Source of the DNA: Bugula neritina
Lineage: Eukaryota; Animalia; Bryozoa
Direction of reading: 5' to 3'
Length of the DNA stretch: 64,000 bases
Assembly (NCBI GenBank): GCA_964035545.1
Contig: CAXIUT010000097.1
Span: 310,001-374,000, forward strand
Numbering within the stretch: position 1 is the first letter of the stretch; the number at the start of each line of letters is the position of its first letter. Shown in pieces: positions 16,434-33,400 of this stretch. The notes under the pieces are model-generated. The model was given only the letters and a program-made list of their open reading frames with translations, was not told the DNA's origin and did not search any database. Both the position numbers and the translations under genes were made by a program.

Positions 16434-19400
16434 ACTGAAATACACTGCTATATACTGAAATTTACTGCAACACACTGGAACATACTGCAACATACTAAAA
16501 TATACTGCAACATACTGAAATACACTGCAAAATATTCAAATACACTGTAACATATTGAAATATACTGCAACATACTGAAATACAGTGCTACATACTGAAA
16601 TATACTGCAACATACTGCAACATAGTGAAATACACTGCAACATACTGCAAGATAGTGAAATACACTGTAACATACTGGAGTATACTGCAACATGCTGAAA
16701 TACACTGCTACATACTGAAATATACTGCAACACACAGCAACATACTGCAACATACTAAAATACACTGTGACATGTTGGAATACACTGCAACACATTGAAA
16801 TATACTGCAAAAGACTGAAATACACTGCTACATACTGAAATATACTGCGACACACTGCAACATACTGCAACATACTAAAATACACTGTAACATATTGAAA
16901 TAGACTGCAACACAATGAAATATACTGTAAAATACTAAAATACACTGCTAAATACTGAAATATACTGCAACACACTGCAAGATACTGCAACATACTAAAA
17001 TATACTGCAACATACTGAAATACACTGCAGAATACTGAAATACACTGTAACATACTGAAATACACTGCAAAATACTGAAATACACTGCTACATACTGAAA
17101 TATACTGCAACACACTGCGACATACTGCAACATACTAAAATACACTGTAACATATTGAAATACACTGCAACACATTGAAATATACTGCAATGTACCGAAA
17201 TATATGGTAAACTACTGAAATATACTGTCACACATTGAAAAACACTGCAACATACTGAAATATACTGCGACACATTGCAATATACTGTAACATACTGAAA
17301 TACACTGTAACATATTGAAATATACTGCAACATACTGAAATACAGTGCTACATACTGAAATATACTGCAACATACTGCAACATAGTGAAATAAACTGCAA
17401 CATACTGCAAGATAGTGAAATCACTGTAACATACTGAAATACACCGCAAAATACCACAACATATTGAAATGCACTGTAACATATTGAAATACACTGCAAC
17501 ACATTGAAATGTACTGCAACATACCTAAATATACGGTAATATACCAAAATATACTGTAACACATTGAAAAATACTGCAACATACTGAAATACACTGCAAC
17601 ACACCGAAAAACACTGAAAATACTGTAACACACTGAAATATACTGCAAAATACTGAAATATACTGCAAAATACTGAAATACACTGCTACATACTGAAATA
17701 TACTGCAACACACCGCAACATACTGCAACATACTAAAGTATACTGCAACATACTGAAATACACTGCAAAACACTGAAATACACTATAACATACTGAAATA
17801 TACTGCAACATACTGAAATATACTGCTACATACTGAAATATACTGCAACACACTGCAACATACTGCAACATACTAGAATACACTGTAACATAATGAAAGA
17901 CACTGCTATATACTGAAATACACTGCAACACACTACAACCTACTGCAACATGCTAAAAGCTGCAACATACTGAAATACACTGCTACATACTGAAGTATAC
18001 TGCAACACACAGCAACATACTGCAACATACTAAAATACACTGTAACATATTGGAATACACTGCAACACATTGAAATATACTGCAAAATACTGAAATACAC
18101 TGCTACATACTGAAATATACTGCAACACACTGCAACATACTGCAACATACTAAAGTATACTGCAACATACTGAAATACACTGCGGAATACTGAAATACAC
18201 TGTAACATACTGAAATATACTGCAAAATACTGAAATACATTGCTACATACTGAAATATACTGCAACACACTGCGACATACTGCAACATACTAAAATACAC
18301 TGTGTCATATTGAAATACACTGCAACACATTGAAATATACTGCAATGTACCGAAATATATGGTAAACTACTGAAATACGCTGTAGCACACTGAAATACAC
18401 TGCAACATACTGAAATACACTGTAACATATTGAAATATACTGCAACATACTGAAATACAGTGCTACATACTGAAATATACTGCAACATACTGCAACATAG
18501 TGAAATTCACTGTAACATACTGAAAAACACTGCAACATACTACAACATATTGAAATACACTGCAACACATTGAAATATACTGCAACATACCTAAATATAC
18601 GGTGATATACCAAAATAAACTGTAACACATTTAAAAATACTGCAACATACTGAAATACACTGCAACACTCTGAAATACACTGCAAAATACTGTAACAGAC
18701 TGAAATATACTGCAACACACTGCAACATACTGCAACATACTAGAATACACTGTAACATATTGAAATATACTGCAATATACTGAAATACACTGCTATATAC
18801 CGAAATATACTGCAACACACTACAACATACTGCAACACGCTAAAATATACTGCAACATACTGAAATACACTGCAAAATATTCAAATACACTGTAACATAT
18901 TGAAATATACTGCAACATACTGAAATACAGTGCTACATACTGAAATATACTGCAACATACTGCAACATAGTGAAATACACTGCAACATACTGCAAGATAG
19001 TGAAATACACTGTAACAAACTGGAGTATACTGCAACATGCTGAAATACACTGCTACATACTGAAATATACTGCAACACACAGCAACATACTGCAACATAC
19101 TAAAATACACTGTGACATGTTGGAATACACTGCAACACATTGAAATATACTGCAAAAGACTGAAATACACTGCTACATACTGAAATATACTGCGACACAC
19201 TGCAACATACTGCAACATACTAAAATACACTGTAACATATTGAAATAGACTGCAACACAATGAAATATACTGTAAAATACTAAAATACACTGCTAAATAC
19301 TGAAATATACTGCAACACACTGCAAGATACTGCAACATACTAAAATATACTGCAACATACTGAAATACACTGCAGAATACTGAAATACACTGTAACATAC

Positions 19401-22400
19401 TGAAATACACTGCAAAATACTGAAATACACTGCTACATACTGAAATATACTGCAACACACTGCGACATACTGCAACATACTAAAATACACTGTAACATAT
19501 TGAAATACACTGCAGAATACTGAAATACACTGTAACATACTGAAATATACTGCAAAATACTGAAATACACTGCTACATACTGAAATATACTGCAACACAC
19601 TGCGACTTACTGCAACATACTAAAATACACTGTAACATATTGAAATACACTGCTGCAACACATTGAAATATACCGCAATGTACCGAAATATATGGTAAAC
19701 TACTGAAATATACTGTCACACATTTAAAAATACCGCAACATACTGAAATATACTGCGACACATCGCAATATAATGTAACGTACTGAAATATGCTGTAGCA
19801 CATTGAAATATACTGCAACTCACTGAAATATACTGCAACATATTGAAATATACTGCAACATACTGAAATACAGTGCTACATACTGAAATATACTGCAACA
19901 TACTGCAACATAGTGAAATTCACTGTAACATACTGAAAAACACTGCAACATACTACAACATATTGAAATACACTGCAACACATTGAAATATACTGCAACA
20001 TACCTAAATATACGGTGATATACCAAAATAAACTGTAACACGTTTAAAAATACTGCAACATACTGAAATACACTGCAACACTCTGAAATACACTGCAAAA
20101 TACTGTAACACACTGAAATATACTGCAACACACTGCAACATACTGCAACATACTAGAATACACTGTAACATATTGAAATATACTGCAATATACTGAAATA
20201 CACTGCTATATACTGAAATTTACTGCAACACACTGCAACATACTGCAACATACTAAAATATACTGCAACATACTGAAATACACTGCAAAATATTCAAATA
20301 CACTGTAACATATTGAAATATACTGCAACATACTGAAATACAGTGCTACATACTGAAATATACTGCAACATACTGCAACATAGTGAAATACACTGCAACA
20401 TACTGCAAGATAGTGAAATACACTGTAACATACTGGAGTATACTGCAACATGCTGAAATACACTGCTACATACTGAAATATACTGCAACACACAGCAACA
20501 TACTGCAACATACTAAAATACACTGTGACATGTTGGAATACACTGCAACACATTGAAATATACTGCAAAAAACTGAAATACACTGCTACATACTGAAATA
20601 TACTGCGACACACTGCAACATACTGCAACATACTAAAATACACTGTAACATATTGAAATAGACTGCAACACAATGAAATATACTGTAAAATACTAAAATA
20701 CACTGCTAAATACTGAAATATACTGCAACACACTGCAAGATACTGCAACATACTAAAATATACTGCAACATACCGAAATACACTGCAGAATACTGAAATA
20801 CACTGTAACATACTGAAATACACTGCAAAATACTGAAATACACTGCTACATACTGAAATATACTGCAACACACTGCGACATACTGCAACATACTAAAATA
20901 CACTGTAACATATTGAAATACACTGCAACACATTGAAATATACTGCAATGTACCGAAATATATGGTAAACTACTGAAATATACTGTCACACATTGAAAAA
21001 CACTGCAACATACTGAAATATACTGCGACACATTGCAATATACTGTAACATACTGAAATATGCTGTAGCACACTGAAATACACTGCAACTCACTGAAATA
21101 TACTGCAACATACCGAAATACACTGTAACATATTGAAATATACTGCAACATACTGCAACATAGTGAAATAAACTGCAACATACTGCAAGATAGTGAAATA
21201 CACTGTAACATACTGAAATACACCGCAAAATACTACAACATATTGAAATGCACTGTAACATATTGAAATACACTGCAACACATTGAAATGTACTGCAACA
21301 TACCTAAATATACGGTAATATACCAAAATATACTGTAACACATTGAAAAATACTGCAACATACTGAAATACACTGCAACACACCGAAAAACACTGAAAAT
21401 ACTGTAACACACTGAAATATACTGCAAAATACTGAAATATACTGCAAAATACTGAAATACACTGCTACATACTGAAATATACTGCAACACACCGCAACAT
21501 ACTGCAACATACTAAAGTATACTGCAACATACTGAAATACACTGCAAAATACTGAAATACACTATAACATACTGAAATACACTGCTATATACTGAAATTT
21601 ACTGCAACACACTGGAACATACTGCAACATACTAAAATATACTGCAACATACTGAAATACACTGCAAAATATTCAAATACACTGTAACATATTGAAATAT
21701 ACTGCAACATACTGAAATACAGTGCTACATACTGAAATATACTGCAACATACTGCAACATAGTGAAATACACTGCAACATACTGCAAGATAGTGAAATAC
21801 ACTGTAACATACTGGAGTATACTGCAACATGCTGAAATACACTGCTACATACTGAAATATACTGCAACACACAGCAACATACTGCAACATACTAAAATAC
21901 ACTGTGACATGTTGGAATACACTGCAACACATTGAAATATACTGCAAAAGACTGAAATACACTGCTACATACTGAAATATACTTCGACACACTGCAACAT
22001 ACTGCAACATACTAAAATACACTGTAACATATTGAAATAGACTGCAACACAATGAAATATACTGTAAAATACTAAAATACACTGCTAAATACTGAAATAT
22101 ACTGCAACACACTGCAAGATACTGCAACATACTAAAATATACTGCAACATACTGAAATACACTGCAGAATACTGAAATACACTGTAACATACTGAAATAC
22201 ACTGCAAAATACTGAAATACACTGCTACATACTGAAATATACTGCAACACACTGCGACATACTGCAACATACTAAAATACACTGTAACATATTGAAATAC
22301 ACTGCAACACATTGAAATATACTGCAATGTACCGAAATATATGGTAAACTACTGAAATATACTGTCACACATTGAAAAACACTGCAACATACTGAAATAT

Positions 22401-25400
22401 ACTGCGACACATTGCAATATACTGTAACATACTGAAATACACTGTAACATATTGAAATATACTGCAACATACTGAAATACAGTGCTACATACTGAAATAT
22501 ACTGCAACATACTGCAACATAGTGAAATAAACTGCAACATACTGCAAGATAGTGAAATACACTGTAACATACTGAAATACACCGCAAAATACCACAACAT
22601 ATTGAAATGCACTGTAACATATTGAAATACACTGCAACACATTGAAATGTACTGCAACATACCTAAATATACGGTAATATACCAAAATATACTGTAACAC
22701 ATTGAAAAATACTGCAACATACTGAAATACACTGCAACACACCGAAAAACACTGAAAATACTGTAACACACTGAAATATACTGCAAAATACTGAAATATA
22801 CTGCAAAATACTGAAATACACTGCTACATACTGAAATATACTGCAACACACCGCAACATACTGCAACATACTAAAGTATACTGCAACATACTGAAATACA
22901 CTGCAAAATACTGAAATACACTATAACATACTGAAATATACTGCAACATACTGAAATATACTGCTACATACTGAAATATACTGCAACACACTGCAACATA
23001 CTGCAACATACTAGAATACACTGTAACATAATGAAATACACTGCAACACATTGAAATATACTGCAAAATAATGAAATACACTGCTATATACTGAAATACA
23101 CTGCAACACACTACAACATACTGCAACATGCTAAAAGCTGCAACATACTGAAATACACTGCTACATACTGAAGTATACTGCAACACACAGCAACATACTG
23201 CAACATACTAAAATACACTGTAACATATTGGAATACACTGCAACACATTGAAATATACTGCAAAATACTGAAATACACTGCTACATACTGAAATATACTG
23301 CAACACACTGCAACATACTGCAACATACTAAAGTATACTGCAACATACTGAAATACACTGCGGAATACTGAAATACACTGTAACATACTGAAATATACTG
23401 CAAAATACTGAAATACATTGCTACATACTGAAATATACTGCAACACACTGCGACATACTGCAACATACTAAAATACACTGTATCATATTGAAATACACTG
23501 CAACACATTGAAATATACTGCAATGTACCGAAATATATGGTAAACTACTGAAATACGCTGTAGCACACTGAAATACACTGCAACATACTGAAATACACTG
23601 TAACATATTGAAATATACTGCAACATACTGAAATACAGTGCTACATACTGAAATATACTGCAACATACTGCAACATAGTGAAATTCACTGTAACATACTG
23701 AAAAACACTGCAACATACTACAACATATTGAAATACACTGCAACACATTGAAATATACTGCAACATACCTAAATATACGGTGATATACCAAAATAAACTG
23801 TAACACATTTAAAAATACTGCAACATACTGAAATACACTGCAACACTCTGAAATACACTGCAAAATACTGTAACAGACTGAAATATACTGCAACACACTG
23901 CAACATACTGCAACATACTAGAATACACTGTAACATATTGAAATATACTGCAATATACTGAAATACACTGCTATATACCGAAATATACTGCAACACACTA
24001 CAACATACTGCAACACGCTAAAATATACTGCAACATACTGAAATACACTGCAAAATATTCAAATACACTGTAACATATTGAAATATACTGCAACATACTG
24101 AAATACAGTGCTACATACTGAAATATACTGCAACATACTGCAACATAGTGAAATACACTGCAACATACTGCAAGATAGTGAAATACACTGTAACAAACTG
24201 GAGTATACTGCAACATGCTGAAATACACTGCTACATACTGAAATATACTGCAACACACAGCAACATACTGCAACATACTAAAATACACTGTGACATGTTG
24301 GAATACACTGCAACACATTGAAATATACTGCAAAAGACTGAAATACACTGCTACATACTGAAATATACTGCGACACACTGCAACATACTGCAACATACTA
24401 AAATACACTGTAACATATTGAAATAGACTGCAACACAATGAAATATACTGTAAAATACTAAAATACACTGCTAAATACTGAAATATACTGCAACACACTG
24501 CAAGATACTGCAACATACTAAAATATACTGCAACATACTGAAATACACTGCAGAATACTGAAATACACTGTAACATACTGAAATACACTGCAAAATACTG
24601 AAATACACTGCTACATACTGAAATATACTGCAACACACTGCGACATACTGCAACATACTAAAATACACTGTAACATATTGAAATACACTGCAGAATACTG
24701 AAATACACTGTAACATACTGAAATATACTGCAAAATACTGAAATACACTGCTACATACTGAAATATACTGCAACACAGTGCGACTTACTGCAACATACTA
24801 AAATACACTGTAACATATTGAAATACACTGCTGCAACACATTGAAATATACCGCAATGTACCGAAATATATGGTAAACTACTGAAATATACTGTCACACA
24901 TTTAAAAATACCGCAACATACTGAAATATACTGCGACACATCGCAATATAATGTAACGTACTGAAATATGCTGTAGCACATTGAAATATACTTCAACTCA
25001 CTGAAATATACTGCAACATATTGAAATATACTGCAACATACTGAAATACAGTGCTACATACTGAAATATACTGCAACATACTGCAACATAGTGAAATTCA
25101 CTGTAACATACTGAAAAACACTGCAACATACTACAACATATTGAAATACACTGCAACACATTGAAATATACTGCAACATACCTAAATATACGGTGATATA
25201 CCAAAATAAACTGTAACACGTTTAAAAATACTGCAACATACTGAAATACACTGCAACACTCTGAAATACACTGCAAAATACTGTAACACACTGAAATATA
25301 CTGCAACACACTGCAACATACTGCAACATACTAGAATACACTGTAACATATTGAAATATACTGCAATATACTGAAATACACTGCTATATACTGAAATTTA

Positions 25401-26757
25401 CTGCAACACACTGCAACATACTGCAACATACTAAAATATACTGCAACATACTGAAATACACTGCAAAATATTCAAATACACTGTAACATATTGAAATATA
25501 CTGCAACATACTGAAATACAGTGCTACATACTGAAATATACTGCAACATACTGCAACATAGTGAAATACACTGCAACATACTGCAAGATAGTGAAATACA
25601 CTGTAACATACTGGAGTATACTGCAACATGCTGAAATACACTGCTACATACTGAAATATACTGCAACACACAGCAACATACTGCAACATACTAAAATACA
25701 CTGTGACATGTTGGAATACACTGCAACACATTGAAATATACTGCAAAAGACTGAAATACACTGCTACATACTGAAATATACTGCGACACACTGCAACATA
25801 CTGCAACATACTAAAATACACTGTAACATATTGAAATAGACTGCAACACAATGAAATATACTGTAAAATACTAAAATACACTGCTAAATACTGAAATATA
25901 CTGCAACACACTGCAAGATACTGCAACATACTAAAATATACTGCAACATACCGAAATACACTGCAGAATACTGAAATACACTGTAACATACTGAAATACA
26001 CTGCAAAATACTGAAATACACTGCTACATACTGAAATATACTGCAACACACTGCGACATACTGCAACATACTAAAATACACTGTAACATATTGAAATACA
26101 CTGCAACACATTGAAATATACTGCAATGTACCGAAATATATGGTAAACTACTGAAATATACTGTCACACATTGAAAAACACTGCAACATACTGAAATATA
26201 CTGCGACACATTGCAATATACTGTAACATACTGAAATATGCTGTAGCACACTGAAATACACTGCAACTCACTGAAATATACTGCAACATACCGAAATACA
26301 CTGTAACATATTGAAATATACTGCAACATACTGCAACATAGTGAAATAAACTGCAACATACTGCAAGATAGTGAAATACACTGTAACATACTGAAATACA
26401 CCGCAAAATACTACAACATATTGAAATGCACTGTAACATATTGAAATACACTGCAACACATTGAAATGTACTGCAACATACCTAAATATACGGTAATATA
26501 CCAAAATATACTGTAACACATTGAAAAATACTGCAACATACTGAAATACACTGCAACACACCGAAAAACACTGAAAATACTGTAACACACTGAAATATAC
26601 TGCAAAATACTGAAATATACTGCAAAATACTGAAATACACTGCTACATACTGAAATATACTGCAACACACCGCAACATACTGCAACATACTAAAGTATAC
26701 TGCAACATACTGAAATACACTGCAAAATACTGAAATACACTATAACATACTGAAATA
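16434..26757. repeat. Tandem duplication of a ~5.14-5.18-kb unit, 2 copies (16434-21570; 21571-~26757)
   Basis: Offsets are +5137 (16448/21585), +5138 after a 1-bp deletion near 17421, and +5178 after a 40-bp deletion near 17900 (17933/23111 through 21304/26482). Shared private variants include ACTGGAACAT, ATACCACAAC and ACACGTTTAAAA. Confidence 0.9.
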
Positions 26758-29700
26758 TACTGCAACATACTGAAATATACTGCTACATACTGAAATATAC
26801 TGCAACACACTGCAACATACTGCAACATACTAGAATACACTGTAACATAATGAAATACACTGCAACACATTGAAATATACTGCAAAATACTGAAATACAC
26901 TGCTATATACTGAAATACACTGCAACACACTACAACATACTGCAACATGCTAAAAGCTGCAACATACTGAAATACACTGCTACATACTGAAGTATACTGC
27001 AACACACAGCAACATACTGCAACATACTAAAATACACTGTAACATATTGGAATACACTGCAACACATTGAAATATACTGCAAAATACTGAAATACACTGC
27101 TACATACTGAAATATACTGCAACACACTGCAACATACTGCAACATACTAAAGTATACTGCAACATACTGAAATACACTGCGGAATACTGAAATACACTGT
27201 AACATACTGAAATATACTGCAAAATACTGAAATACATTGCTACATACTGAAATATACTGCAACACACTGCGACATACTGCAACATACTAAAATACACTGT
27301 ATCATATTGAAATACACTGCAACACATTGAAATATACTGCAATGTACCGAAATATATGGTAAACTACTGAAATATACTGTCACACATTGAAAAATACTGC
27401 AACATACTGAAATATACTGCGACACATTGCAATATACTGTAACATACTGAAATACGCTGTAGCACACTGAAATACACTGCAACATACTGAAATACACTGT
27501 AACATATTGAAATATACTGCAACATACTGAAATACAGTGCTACATACTGAAATATACTGCAACATACTGCAACATAGTGAAATTCACTGTAACATACTGA
27601 AAAACACTGCAACATACTACAACATATTGAAATACACTGCAACACATTGAAATATACTGCAACATACCTAAATATACGGTGATATACCAAAATAAACTGT
27701 AACACATTTAACAATACTGCAACATACTGAAATACACTGCAACACTCTGAAATACACTGCAAAATACTGTAACACACTGAAATATACTGCAACACACTGC
27801 AACATACTGCAACATACTAGAATACACTGTAACATATTGAAATATACTGCAATATACTGAAATACACTGCTATATACTGAAATATACTGCAACACGCTAC
27901 AACATACTGCAACATGCTAAAATATACTGCAACATACTGAAATACCCTGCAAAATACTGAAATACACTGTAACATACTGAAGTATACTGCAACATACTGA
28001 AATACACTGCTACATACTGAAATTTACTGTGACACACTGCAACATACTGCAACATACTAATATGCACTGTAACATAGTGAAATAGACTGCAACACAATGA
28101 AATATACTGCAAAATACTGAAATACACTGCTATATACTGAAATTTACTGCAACACACTACAACATACTGCAACATGCTAAAATATACTGCAACATACTGA
28201 AATACACTGCAAAATACTGAAATACACTGTAACATACTGAAGTATACTGCAACATACTGAAATACACTGCTACATACTGATATATACTGCAACACACAGC
28301 AACATACTGCAACATACTAAAATACACTGTAACATATTGGAATACCCTGCAACACATTGAAATATACTGCAAAATACTGAAATACACTGCTACATACTGA
28401 AATATACTGCGACACACCGCAACATACCGCAACGTACTAAAATACACTGTAACATATTGAAATAGACTGCAACACATTGAAATATACTGCAAAATACTGA
28501 AATACACTGCTACATACTGAAATATACTGCAACACACTGCAACATACTGCAACATACTAAAATATACTGCAACATACTGAAATACACTGCAGAACACTGA
28601 AATACACTGTAACATACTGAAATATACTGCAAAATACTGAAATACACTGCTACATACTGAAATATACTGCAACACACTGCGACATACTGCAACATACTAA
28701 AATACACTGTAACATATTGAAATACACTGCAACACATTGAAATATACTGCAATGTACCGAAATATATGGTAAACTACTGAAATATACTGTCACACATTGA
28801 AAAACACTGCAACATACTGAAATATACTGCGGGACATAGCAATATACTGTAACATACTGAAATATGTTGTAGCACACTGAAATACACTGCAACTCACTGA
28901 AATATACTGCAACATACTGAAATACACTGTAACATATTGAAATATACTGCAACATACTGAAATACAGTGCTACATACTGAAATATACTGCAACATACTGC
29001 AACATATATGAAATACACTGCAACATACTGCAAGATAGTGAAATACACTGTAACATACTGAAATACACCGCAAAACACTACAACATATTGAAATGCACTG
29101 TAACATATTGAAATACACTGCAACACATTGAAATATACTGCAACATACCTAAATATACGGTAATATACCAAAATATACTGTAACACTTTGAAAAATACTG
29201 CAACATACTGAAATACACTGAAACACACCGAAAAACACTGAAAATACTGTAACACACTGAAATGTACTGCAAAATACTGAAATATACTGCAAAATACTGA
29301 AATACACTGCTGCATACTGAAATATACTGCAACACACCGCAACATTCTGCAACATACTAAAGTATACTGCAACATACTGCAATACACTGCAAAATACTAA
29401 AATACACTATAACATACTGAAATATACTGCAACATACTGAAATATACTGCTACGTACTGAAATATACTGCAACACACTGCAACATACTGCAACATACTAG
29501 AATACACTGTAACATAATGAAATACACTGCAACACATTGAAATATACTGCAAAATACTGAAATACACTGCTATATACTGAAATTTCACTGCAACACACTA
29601 CAACATACTGCAACATGCTAAAAGCTGCAACATACTGAAATACACTGCCACATACTGAAATATACTGCAAGACACAGCAACATACTGCAACATACTAAAA

Positions 29701-30475
29701 TATACTGCAACATACTGAAATATACTGCATCATACTGAAATATACTGCTACACACTGAAATGTACTGCAACACACTGCAACATACTGCAACATACTAGAA
29801 TACACTGTAACATAATGAAATACACTGCAACACATTGAAATATACTGCAAAATACTGAAATACACTGCTATATACTGAAATATACTGCAACACACTACAA
29901 CATACTGCAACATGCTAAAATCTACTGCAACATACTGAAATACCCTGCAAAATACTGAAATACACTGTAACATACTGAAATACACTGCTACATACTGAAA
30001 TATACTGCAACACACTGCAACATACTGCAACATACTAAAACATACTGCAACATACTGAAATACACTGCAGAATACTGAAATACACTGTAACATACTGAAA
30101 TATACTGCAAAATACTGAAATACACTGCTACATACTGAAATATACTGCAACACACTGCGACTTACTGCAACATACTAAAATAGACTGTAACATATTGAAA
30201 TACACTGCAACACATTGAAATATACCGCAATGTACCGAAATATATGGTAAACTACTGAAATATACTGTCACACATTTAAAAATACCGCAACATACTGAAA
30301 TATACTGCGACACATCGCAATATAATGTAACGTACTGAAATATGCTGTAGCACATTGAAATATACTGCAACATACTGAAATACAGTGCTACATACTGAAA
30401 TATACTGCAACATACTGCAACATAGTGAAATTCACTGTAACATACTGAAAGACACTGCAACATACTACAACATAT

Positions 30476-33400
30476 TGAAATACACTGCAACACATTGAAA
30501 TATACTGCAACATACCTAAATATACGGTGATATACCAAAATAAACTGTAACACATTTAAAAATACTGCAACATACTGAAATACACTGCAACACTCTGAAA
30601 TACACTGCAAAATACTGTAACACACTGAAATATACTGCAACACACTGCAACATACTGCAACATACTGGAATACACTGTAACATATTGAAATATACTGCAA
30701 TATACTGAAATACACTGCTATATACCGAAATATACTGCAACACACTACAACATACTGCAACATGCTAAAATATACTGCATCATACTGAAATACCCTGCAA
30801 AATACTGAAATACACTGTAACATACTGAAGTATACTGCAACATACTGAAATACACTGCTACATACTGAAATTTACTGCGACACACTGCAACATACTGCAA
30901 CATACTAAAATGCACTGTAACATAGTGAAATAGACTGCAACACATTGAAATATACTGCAAAATACTGAAATACACTGCTATATACTGAAATTTACTGCAA
31001 CACACTGCAACATACTGCAACATACTAAAATATACTGCAACATACTGAAATACACTGCAAAATATTCAAATACACTGTAACATATTGAAATATACTGCAA
31101 CATACTGAAATACAGTGCTACATACTGAAATATACTGCAACATATTGCAACATAGTGAAATACACTGCAATATACTGCAAGACAGTGAAATACACTGTAA
31201 CATACTGGAGTATACTGCAACATGCTGAAATACACTGCTACATACTGAAATATACTGCAACACACAGCAACATACTGCAACATACTAAAATACACTGTGA
31301 CATGTTGGAATACACTGCAACACATTGAAATATACTGCAAAAGACTGAAATACACTGCTACATACTGAAATATACTGCGACACACTGCAACATACTGCAA
31401 CATACTAAAATACACTGTAACATATTGAAATAGACTGCAACACAATGAAATATACTGTAAAATACTAAAATACACTGCTAAATACTGAAATATACTGCAA
31501 CACACTGCAAGATACTGCAACATACTAAAATATACTGCAACATACTGAAATACACTGCAGAATACTGAAATACACTGTAACATACTGAAATACACTGCAA
31601 AATACTGAAATACACTGCTACATACTGAAATATACTGCAACACACTGCGACATACTGCAACATACTAAAATACACTGTAACATATTGAAATACACTGCAA
31701 CACATTGAAATATACTGCAATGTACCGAAATATATGGTAAACTACTGAAATATACTGTCACACATTGAAAAACACTGCAACATACTGAAATATACTGCGA
31801 CACATTGCAATATACTGTAACATACTGAAATATGCTGTAGCACACTGAAATACACTGCAACTCACTGAAATATACTGCAACATACTGAAATACAGTGCTA
31901 CATACTGAAATATACTGCAACATACTGCAACATAGTGAAATAAACTGCAACATACTGCAAGATAGTGAAATACACTGTAACATACTGAAATACACCGCAA
32001 AATACTACAACATATTGAAATGCACTGTAACATATTGAAATACACTGCAACACATTGAAATGTACTGCAACATACCTAAATATACGGTAATATACCAAAA
32101 TATACTGTAACACATTGAAAAATACTGCAACATACTGAAATACACTGCAACACACCGAAAAACACTGAAAATACTGTAACACACTGAAATATACTGCAAA
32201 ATACTGAAATATACTGCAACATACTGAAATATACTGCTACATACTGAAATATACTGCAACACACTGCAACATACTGCAACATACTAGAATACACTGTAAC
32301 ATAATGAAATACACTGCAACACATTGAAATATACTGCAAAATACTGAAATACACTGCTATATACTGAAATACACTGCAACACACTACAACATACTGCAAC
32401 ATGCTAAAAGCTGCAACATACTGAAATACACTGCTACATACTGAAATATACTGCAACACATTGCAACATACTGCAACATACTAAAGTATACTGCAACATA
32501 CTGAAATACACTGCAGAATGCTGAAATACACTGTAAGATACTGAAATATACTGCAAAATACTGAAATACATTGCTACATACTGAAATATACTGCAACACA
32601 CTGCGACATACTGCAACATACTAAAATACACTGTAACATATTGAAATACACTGCAACACATTGAAATATATTGCAATGTACCGAAATATATGGTAAACTA
32701 CTGAAATATACTGTCACACATTGAAAAATACTGCAACATACTGAAATATACTGCGACACATTGCAATATACTGTAACATACTGAAATATCCTGTAGCACA
32801 CTGAAATACACTGCAACATACTGAAATACACTGTAACATATTGAAATATACTGCAACATACTGAAATACAGTGCTACATACTGAAATATACTGCAACATA
32901 CTGCAACATAGTGAAATTCACTGTAACATACTGAAAAACACTGCAACATACTACAACATATTGAAATACACTGCAACACATTGAAATATACTGCAACATA
33001 CCTAAATATACGGTGATATACCAAAATAAACTGTAACACATTTAAAAATACTGCAACATACTGAAATACACTGCAACACTCTGAAATACACTGCAAAATA
33101 CTGTAACACACTGAAATATACTGCAACACACTGCAACATACTGCAACATACTAGAATACACTGTAACATATTGAAATATACTGCAACATACTGAAATACA
33201 CTGCTATATACTGAAATACACTGCAACACACTACAACATACTGCAACATGCTAAAATATACTGCAACATACTGAAATACCCTGCAAAATACTGAAATACA
33301 CTGTAACATACTGAAGTATACTGCAACATACTGAAATACACTGCTACATACTGAAACATACTGCAACACACAGCAACATACTGCAACATACTAAAATACA

